IMG/VR virus record: IMGVR_UViG_3300031576_000001
Coordinates: 248,001 to 312,000 of that record
Length of the DNA: 64,000 bases
Strand: one strand, 5' to 3'
A program made the position numbers and the translations under genes. Shown here piece after piece: positions 57,944 to 64,000 of this stretch. The notes below the pieces were generated by a model. The model searched no databases. It had not been told where the DNA came from and worked only from the letters and a program-made list of their open reading frames with translations. Position 1 is the stretch's first letter, and each line of letters begins with the position of its first letter.

Positions 57944-58233
57944 GGGGCTAGGCGTAGGTGTCTAAGCTCCTTGACACGGCTGTCAAAGACCAGAGCCGTC
58001 AACTGGTTACCCAGGTCGGGCTCGCAGAAGTTAGCGGTCGCCTTGGGGAGCAGCGCGTAGAGCGCCCCTTCGTTGTCCACCTAGAGGAAGACCAGCGTGT
58101 TGCCACCCTCGTACCAAAGGCGAGCTTTCTCCGGGTTACGCATGACAAACTCTACCAGGGCGTGCATCCCCTGGACAGCCTGAGCGCCAGGGGAGAGGTC
58201 GCTACGTGTCACGATGTAAAGTTTCTGTGTCAT
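57898..58233 (-). CDS. Peptidyl-tRNA hydrolase, Pth2-like, with in-frame TAG at codon 51 (58083-58081); not in the ORF track as a whole
   Basis: MTQKLYIVTRSDLSPGAQAVQGMHA...W..GGNTLVFL*VDNEGAL...FCEPDLGNQLTAL; first downstream TTA at 57900-57898. Confidence 0.75.
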
Positions 58234-58444
58234 GGTTTTCTTGGTCTCCTATCACCCCGAGTGGGGTACTACACAGGACACCCACGTCTCCCAAGGCTTT
58301 CTTTGCCTTGTCTGCTACCTCGGGCACCCACGTTGCGAAGATGAGGTAGCCCTCGTTGTCGTTGGACTCTACCCACACGGTTCTGTGCCCAGCACGGATA
58401 GCGCGTGTAATTGCCTCGCGGGCTACTTCTTGGATGGTTGGCAT
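58202..58444 (-). CDS. Hypothetical protein
   Basis: AAGGA RBS. Confidence 0.45.
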   Translation of the reverse strand: MPTIQEVAREAITRAIRAGHRTVWVESNDNEGYLIFATWVPEVADKAKKALGDVGVLCSTPLGVIGDQENHDTETLHRDT

Positions 58445-58454
58445 GGTTTCCTTG

Positions 58455-59663
58455 TTAGAAGCGAATGCGCCAGCTTACGGTGATGCTTCGTATCGTGCGC
58501 TGCCAGGTGTGTTCCCGGGTTACACGTCGCGTGTAAAAGGAGTCCTCTGACACCCCTGTAGCCCTCGCGTGACTCTCTATGAAAGCCAACTCACCCACGG
58601 TCATGTCGTCTACGTCCTTGTTGAAGTAGGTGCAGTGCTCCGTGGTGGTGCCAACACTGGCGGTGCTGTCCGGGTTCCACCCAAGGAACTCCTCGTCGGT
58701 ACGGTCCGGTTGCCCTGGCCGAGGGAAGGGCTTGACCAGGCTGTAGAACACGGTTTCCAGAGGGAGCCCCCAGTGCGCGCCCGTGACCGCCAGTGTCAAC
58801 TTGTCCGGGGAGACGTGTAGTTCATGCCAGCGAAAAGCAGTGCTCTCTTCGCTACCCTGGAAAGAAAAGTCCGCCCGCCGCCCCGTGTCAAGCTCGATGA
58901 CGGTGCAACCCTGGGTGCGCTCTGCGCAGAGTAGGTAGTCGTGCCCGTTGGGGTGCGCTATCACCCATGCGAAGGGGAAGTCAGTGTGTTGCCTCCTGAC
59001 CTCGCACCAAAGCCCTTCAACCTGACCGTGACGGTAGCAGGGGGTTTTGCTGTCTGCGTCGAGCACCTTGGTAATGGTCAGCGTGTAGGTGCGCCCGTCA
59101 GCTCGCGGGGGACTAACGTGCCTCTCTACCTCCCCGTGGTTCTCTTTGGCAAAGAGGGTGTCAGCATGAAACCCTTCCAAAGCCTTCTGTACTTGCGTGT
59201 CCAGCTTGGCTACAGCTTGTCTACGCAAGCCAGGCGAGAGGCTACGTAGCTCCGGGTAGAGCCTCTTGGCTTCGCCGTAGGGAGTCTTGTTGCGGTGCTG
59301 AGTCAGGACTCGCCAGGGCTCATCCGACGTGGGGTCGAGAGCCTTCTCCAACCCAGGGATACACAAGCTGCGTAGCACGTCGATCTGGCTTACAGAGAGG
59401 TTTCGTCCGTGCTGATACTTCGGCTCTTGCCGCCAGAGGGGGCGCCCACGAAGGATGCTATAGGCTACCAATAGCGCCCTTGTCTGTACCCCGAGGTACT
59501 TGCGCTGGGCTTGTAGCTTGCACCGCTCTTGTCCGGTAGCTGCCCCACCCTCTTTGAGCTTCTGTATCTCAGCGGAGAGGGCTCTACTCCTAGCTTCCCT
59601 GACCTTGATCTGCTCTTTGATAAGAGCCCGCAAGGCGAGCTTGTCTGCGTCGTGGTCTTCCAT
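58455..59663 (-). CDS. Hypothetical protein
   Basis: N-terminal R..LVAYSILRGRP..QE motif; 402 aa. Confidence 0.65.
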   Translation of the reverse strand: MEDHDADKLALRALIKEQIKVREARSRALSAEIQKLKEGGAATGQERCKLQAQRKYLGVQTRALLVAYSILRGRPLWRQEPKYQHGRNLSVSQIDVLRSLCIPGLEKALDPTSDEPWRVLTQHRNKTPYGEAKRLYPELRSLSPGLRRQAVAKLDTQVQKALEGFHADTLFAKENHGEVERHVSPPRADGRTYTLTITKVLDADSKTPCYRHGQVEGLWCEVRRQHTDFPFAWVIAHPNGHDYLLCAERTQGCTVIELDTGRRADFSFQGSEESTAFRWHELHVSPDKLTLAVTGAHWGLPLETVFYSLVKPFPRPGQPDRTDEEFLGWNPDSTASVGTTTEHCTYFNKDVDDMTVGELAFIESHARATGVSEDSFYTRRVTREHTWQRTIRSITVSWRIRF

Positions 59664-59804
59664 GGTAACAATCTCTCGTGTTTGGGTGCCTGGCGGAAGG
59701 GGTACACCGAGAGAGCCACGGGGAGGACCACGCTTGCGGGGGAGCTAGAAGAAGGCTTTCATGGTGAGCGTAGGGTAACCAGGGTTAGAGGTTGGTACAA
59801 GGGG

Positions 59805-59877
59805 TGCGCCCTGCGGGAGTTGAACCCGCGCAAAAGAACTTTAGAGGCTCTGTACTCTACCTTTGAGTTAAAGGCGC
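59805..59877 (-). tRNA. tRNA with CUA anticodon (amber suppressor type)
   Basis: GCGCCTT-TA-ACTC AAAGGTA GAGT-AC-AGAGC CTCTAAA GTTCT-TTTGC-GCGGG TTCAACT CCCGC-AGGGCGC-A. All four stems pair; loop is CU-CUA-AA; no encoded CCA. Confidence 0.8.
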
Positions 59878-59923
59878 GTTGTGTGGGCTTCTGCTCGATC
59901 TCACGAGGTAGCCCGTTGTGAAG

Positions 59924-60367
59924 TCAGTCTTCCGAGAGGCGGTCAGGGCGCCTGTGGTCCTGGCGAGCCTTCCCGCCGCCCCCGCTGCGCTTACCCTTCC
60001 CACCACCGCCGCCTCCACGGTCACCGCCGCCCCCGCCGCCAAAGTCACGGCGAGGGGGTGGGCGAGGGTTGGCAGCGCGGCGGGCGGTCTCGGTCTCGGA
60101 GATCCACTGGTCCGCCTGGGTGATGAGGTCGGCGGCGCGGTAGAGGTCCGTCCTGACGATGCCATCCTCGAAGAAGGCGCGCACGTTGAGGTAGGGGGCA
60201 CCGGTACCGTCCTTGCGTGTCCGACCGACCGAGACGGAGTACAGAACCCCCCTGTCCGTGGTGGCCGTCTTGACGGTACAGATGACCTCACCATCGGTAA
60301 AGGTCTGGGCTACCTCCCAAACGAGGGGAGGGCGGGAGGGATCGGCAGAAGAGGCGTAGTCGCTCAT
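59924..60367 (-). CDS. Hypothetical protein with Gly/Arg-rich tail (possibly RNA-binding)
   Basis: GGGGDRGGGG/KR-rich C-terminus. Confidence 0.55.
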   Translation of the reverse strand: MSDYASSADPSRPPLVWEVAQTFTDGEVICTVKTATTDRGVLYSVSVGRTRKDGTGAPYLNVRAFFEDGIVRTDLYRAADLITQADQWISETETARRAANPRPPPRRDFGGGGGGDRGGGGGGKGKRSGGGGKARQDHRRPDRLSED

Positions 60368-60414
60368 GGCTTTGTCTTGGTTCTCTCTCAAAAGGCGTTA
60401 TACACCGGCAAGGG

Positions 60415-61329
60415 TAAGCTGTCGGCAAGCGTAAGCAGTTGGTGGTTCAAGGCGATCAAGGCGTCGCGGTCTTCTAGAGGCTCCAAGAGGGTGCTGTCTA
60501 CGCCCTCCAAGCCGTAGAACGCCCCGAGGAGAGCCCCGACCATGCTAGCAATGGTGTCAGTATCACCCCCTCTACGGATGGCTAGCTCGATACCCTCCTT
60601 AAAGGAGGTAGCTACCGCGGCCAGCGCAAAGACAACCGCCACGTCTGCTGTGACCCCTCTAGGTGGGAGAGCCTTGAGGTACCCCGCCAGGGAGTGCCTG
60701 GGCAAGGGCTGAGGGAAGTTCTCAAAAATGTCGTGTAGTTTCCCGGCTGGCAGCATGGTAGCCACCTTCTTAGCCAGGTAGGTAGGTGTGGTTACCTGTA
60801 GGGCTAGTAGACCCACCCCAAGAGCGATAGCCATGCTGCCGTGCCTTGCCTCGGGGGACTGGTGGGTCAACGAAGCGTCCACGTCGGCGTATCGCGCGGC
60901 TAGGTCCAGGTCATGCCGGAAAGCCAGCCCGATGGGCGATACCCTCATGGCGGTACCGTTGCCCTGTGAGCCAGCGACCCCACAGGTTGTCGGGCTCTTG
61001 GTGCGTAGGTACTTCAAGATAGCCTCACGCACGGTGTTCCCCATCCCCCTGCACGAACCGGACTGAAACCACTTGTAGTAGCTCTCCATGACGGCGCTGG
61101 GGTTGAACGTCTTCTCTTGGACGAGGGACTTGGCAAGCGCCACGGTCATCTGGGTGTCGTCCGTGACCTGACCTGGCTCAATCATGAGCCAATTGTTGCG
61201 CGTGGGTAGGTAGGAGTGCCCATCCCAGTCAAGCAAGAGGGGGCTGAGGCTCATCCTCCCCTCGAAAGGTGCGCCCAGTGCGTCCCCTACGGCAACCCCG
61301 ACGAGCGGGGCAGGCGTGCGGTCTTTCAC
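60415..61329 (-). CDS. ADP-ribosylglycohydrolase (ARH/DraG family); ends at TTA 60417-60415
   Basis: GDALGAP.E, TDDT, GNG.AMR..P, TH and GGDTDT. Confidence 0.92.
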
Positions 61330-61559
61330 AGGTCCATTCCTTCCGCTAGTCGGGCTTGCTCAGGGTTGAGCGTCCCGCGGTCCCTGGCAACTTTGACAAG
61401 CTGCAAAAACTCCCTGGTTAGATGGTCCTCCGTGAGCGCCGCGAGGATAGCGTCCAAGTCGCCAGTCGCAAAACCAGAAACCAGCCCGTCGAGGTAATCT
61501 CTTCGGAGAATGTAACCCTCTCGGTACAGCTTTACCCAGCGGTCCACTTGAAGCGTCAT
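61326..61559 (-). CDS. Hypothetical protein
   Basis: Coupled operon member. Confidence 0.45.
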   Translation of the reverse strand: MTLQVDRWVKLYREGYILRRDYLDGLVSGFATGDLDAILAALTEDHLTREFLQLVKVARDRGTLNPEQARLAEGMDL

Positions 61560-61690
61560 TGTACAATCCAGGCTTTCTCGGCGGTCCAGTCGTGAAGCCA
61601 GTCCCCCCAGCGCGTGGGAAGCACTTCCATGAGGGGGTGTGCTACGCAGTTATGTAGGACGCGCCAGACACGCTTTTCCAGGTGGAGCAT
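61556..61690 (-). CDS. Small phage protein (HN.VAHPL motif)
   Basis: MLHLEKRVWRVLHNCVAHPLME..WLHDWT; ATGA coupling. Confidence 0.5.
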   Translation of the reverse strand: MLHLEKRVWRVLHNCVAHPLMEVLPTRWGDWLHDWTAEKAWIVQ

Positions 61691-61722
61691 TACACCTATC
61701 ATAGAGGGTATAATAGCACACC

Positions 61723-62352
61723 ATGACAGATTGGAGCAAGTTCCTTGAAAATCTGCTCCCGGGCATCATTACAGGAGCCGGATCGGCGGTTACGACCGTC
61801 TACACGTTCGTCCAGGGCTTGCGAAAACAAGTCACGGAGCTTGAAGTCAAGGTTGCCGCCCTGGACACGGCTTTGAAAGCCCTGGATGGTAGGGTGGGTG
61901 TGTACGACCCCGTTTCTGGGAGTCGCTCTGGTTTGTTCAAGGGACTCTCAGACCTCTCTGGTACCGTGGTGACCATTGATGCTCGCGTGGGGCACTTCGA
62001 CTCCAACACGGGGGCGCGCACGGGAATGCTTGGCGTTCTTGACGCCCTCTCGGACAAGCTGGAGCGCGAAGCCAACCAAGCCCAGAGAGGGTCTATCGAC
62101 ACCCAGGCTATTGAGGAGCGTATTGAGCGTAGGGTCCAGGTCAGGCTAGACCTCTTGGAGAGGCGCCTTGCGGAGCTAACGGAAATTGTGAACCAATGTG
62201 TGACCTACGAAAACTACGAAGTGACGAGCCAGCGCCGAGCGGAGGAACTGGTCAAGATCAGGGAGAGTGTAGCCTCCCTGGCGGGGATGCTCTCCGTGGT
62301 CAAGGGCTACCTGGACCCCACGCCAGCCCCGAAGAAGGGGGTGCCAAGGTGA
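61723..62352 (+). CDS. Membrane-anchored coiled-coil protein
   Basis: N-terminal hydrophobic segment, heptads, duplicated RVG..D..G.R.G. Confidence 0.6.
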   Translation: MTDWSKFLENLLPGIITGAGSAVTTVYTFVQGLRKQVTELEVKVAALDTALKALDGRVGVYDPVSGSRSGLFKGLSDLSGTVVTIDARVGHFDSNTGARTGMLGVLDALSDKLEREANQAQRGSIDTQAIEERIERRVQVRLDLLERRLAELTEIVNQCVTYENYEVTSQRRAEELVKIRESVASLAGMLSVVKGYLDPTPAPKKGVPR

Positions 62353-62519
62353 AGTCTGTACCCCCCGTGTCTGCCCGCGAGCAAGAGCTTATCGAGGCGT
62401 TGACCCAGATCACGCAAGACCTGGAGGAAGAGGTAGCGGAATGTGTTACGCTAGCCAAGAGACGTAGTGGTCAGTGGCCCGCCCCTCCCAAGCGTGAACG
62501 TCGTGACACCCTCCCTTGA
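62349..62519 (+). CDS. Small hypothetical protein
   Basis: GTGA coupling. Confidence 0.4.
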   Translation: MKSVPPVSAREQELIEALTQITQDLEEEVAECVTLAKRRSGQWPAPPKRERRDTLP

Positions 62520-62940
62520 CGTGTCCGTGATACTGCCCCCCTTTCTCTGGCAAGGGGGTTGCCCACCCCCAGGGGACACGTTGGCACGCCAGGGTTGGAA
62601 GTCTCTGGTTCTCTGCGCGGAGGAATGGACCAATGCCGGGCTGTACCAGGACATCGAGGTACTCTGCGCGCCTAACCAGGACAACGGGCTTCTCACTCAG
62701 AAACAATGGGAACGTGCTCGGTCAGCGGCGCGCTGGGTAGCCAGGCGTATCGAGCAAAACCAGAAGGTACTGGTGACGTGCATGGCAGGGCTAAACCGCT
62801 CTGGGCTAGTCACGGCGCTGGTTCTGCATGAGCGTATGGGCTGGTGCGGCGCTCGTTGTGTGAGTCACGTAAAGCAGGCGCGCGATGAGTTTGCCTTGAC
62901 CAACCCTGCCTTTGTCAACGCCCTTCTTAGCTTGAAGTGA
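62467..62940 (+). CDS. Dual-specificity/protein-tyrosine phosphatase family (start uncertain)
   Basis: VLVTCMAGLNRSG (CX5R) and N..F. Confidence 0.85.
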   Translation: MVSGPPLPSVNVVTPSLDVSVILPPFLWQGGCPPPGDTLARQGWKSLVLCAEEWTNAGLYQDIEVLCAPNQDNGLLTQKQWERARSAARWVARRIEQNQKVLVTCMAGLNRSGLVTALVLHERMGWCGARCVSHVKQARDEFALTNPAFVNALLSLK

Positions 62941-63005
62941 GGTCGGGCACTGACCCGGCTACTCCGTTCAGCTTGGGGGGGCGAGCCACGGGTTTAGTAA
63001 GAGAC

Positions 63006-63431
63006 TCAGCTTGGGGTCAGCCCACCCGAAGAGGGTGGGGTGGACGCTGGGGGCGGGGCAGGGGGAGGGGGAGCTTGCGGTGTGACCTTACGGATGGTGA
63101 GGGTAGCAAAGTCAAGCTGCCACTGACCTGAGCCGTTCACCAAGTCGATCCCCTTGGCTGTCATCATTTCCCTGGTTTTCTGGGTAAATGCCTCTTCGTG
63201 TTGGCGGTAGAGGGTGGCGTACCGGTCTACCTTGTCTTCTGCGATCTTGAGGGCGCCCTTGTAAGCTGCGGATTCGAGGGCAGCCGTAGCTAGCCCGTCC
63301 CGTGTGGCGGTGAGGATGCTAACTTGCTGACGTACCGCTACCTTCTCCTCTTCCGTGAGGTTGTACTCAAGCTGGGGCAGGACGTTAGAAGGGTCTGAGG
63401 CTTCCGTCTGAGGCTTCCGGTGTTTTGCCAT
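63006..63431 (-). CDS. Hypothetical coiled-coil protein
   Basis: 141 aa ORF. Confidence 0.55.
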   Translation of the reverse strand: MAKHRKPQTEASDPSNVLPQLEYNLTEEEKVAVRQQVSILTATRDGLATAALESAAYKGALKIAEDKVDRYATLYRQHEEAFTQKTREMMTAKGIDLVNGSGQWQLDFATLTIRKVTPQAPPPPAPPPASTPPSSGGLTPS

Positions 63432-63470
63432 GGTGCCGCGACAAGTTAGCCTGAGACGCCATGGAAAGCA

Positions 63471-63516
63471 ACAACCCCTGGTAGCCCTCGCTGAGAGGCA
63501 CCCTACCAGGGGTTGT
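63471..63516 (-). terminator. Hairpin terminator
   Basis: ACAACCCCTGGTAG...CTACCAGGGGTTGT 14 bp stem. Confidence 0.65.
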
Positions 63517-63536
63517 GGTCAGGAGTCAGCTAAGGC

Positions 63537-64000
63537 TAAGGTGAGGAGAACGGCGTCACCGATCTGGATGAGCACCTTGACCAAGCCGGCACCACCTCGG
63601 GTAACTATGCCCACCTTGAGGACATAGTTTGTGGCGGTCGTGGGCGCCGTGAGTGTCCAGAAGCCAGCGGAGACACCCGTTCCGGTCGCTGAGAGGAACG
63701 CGCGTTGACCCACGTTAGCGTCCGTAGGTACGCTGTCCCACACTGCGTCAGGCACAGAGACTTCACCGGCAACGATGACCGAGATGCTAGCGTTTGCGGC
63801 GGCGATGGCGGCAGCAACACCGATTACGTTGGCGTCAAGTTCGCTGGTTGTGTTGGCGTCAGCGTGGAAGATACGGTTGTCGTTAGCTCCGTCATCCTTG
63901 ACACAGACCAGCTTGAAAGCCCCCAGTGCGTAGGTGCCGTTGACGGTCCCCGTCATGGTGACGGCGTTGGCACCTACCCCGCTGTGAGTGTGCAGAGCGT
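63537..64000 (-). CDS. Virion (head fibre/decoration-like) protein, probably 5'-truncated by the window edge; ends at TTA 63539-63537
   Basis: ADA...VIGVA...G.V...GQR.FLS...G..T.TAPT...V..VG.V pattern. Confidence 0.6.

Noticed and set aside
59663-59762. MKAFF-TAG mini-ORF in frame with 58455..59663 as a suppressor-gated leader
   Set aside because: No RBS, and a GGTGTA motif lies inside it; probably coincidental
23453-63539. TTA ends explained as a +1 slip into TAG (TTAG)
   Set aside because: Only about half are TTAG; many are TTAC, TTAT or TTAA
1-64000. Genome-wide TAG-to-sense recoding (code 15-like)
   Set aside because: Long ORFs are intact under TAG=stop, and infA, 19279, 29527 and others end properly at TAG; only one internal TAG was seen

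Overview
This 64 kb window (about 60% GC, densely coding) looks like part of a large tailed-phage genome. The host may be a myxobacterium, but that is an inference. It carries virion and baseplate genes, two cell-wall hydrolase-type genes, an MTase-SNF2 helicase fusion, translation genes (IF-1, a Pth2-like peptidyl-tRNA hydrolase, a tRNA), nucleotide and RNA-repair enzymes (2H phosphoesterase, MazG, metallophosphoesterase, Nudix, 5'-nucleotidase, Rnl2 ligase, ADP-ribosylglycohydrolase), a radical SAM enzyme and a patatin. Main observation: TTA (UUA) appears to act as a fourth stop codon. By manual reading it is absent from the interiors of the long genes (none in about 3,400 codons of the three longest ORFs, although CTA, TTG and CTT are common). 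It is the first in-frame TTA near the 3' end of about 20 ORFs. Ending the genes there removes convergent overlaps, splits a false fusion, creates a TTATG stop-start junction and places terminators and promoters in intergenic space. The window also encodes an amber-suppressor tRNA (CUA) near a Pth2 gene interrupted by an in-frame TAG, a cas-less type I-E mini CRISPR array, two recurring promoter motifs that suggest leaderless mRNAs, and an origin-like region with an inverted repeat, a tandem repeat and a strand-skew switch. Where noted, CDS ends below use the proposed TTA stop. All calls come from motif reading by eye; no database searches were run.
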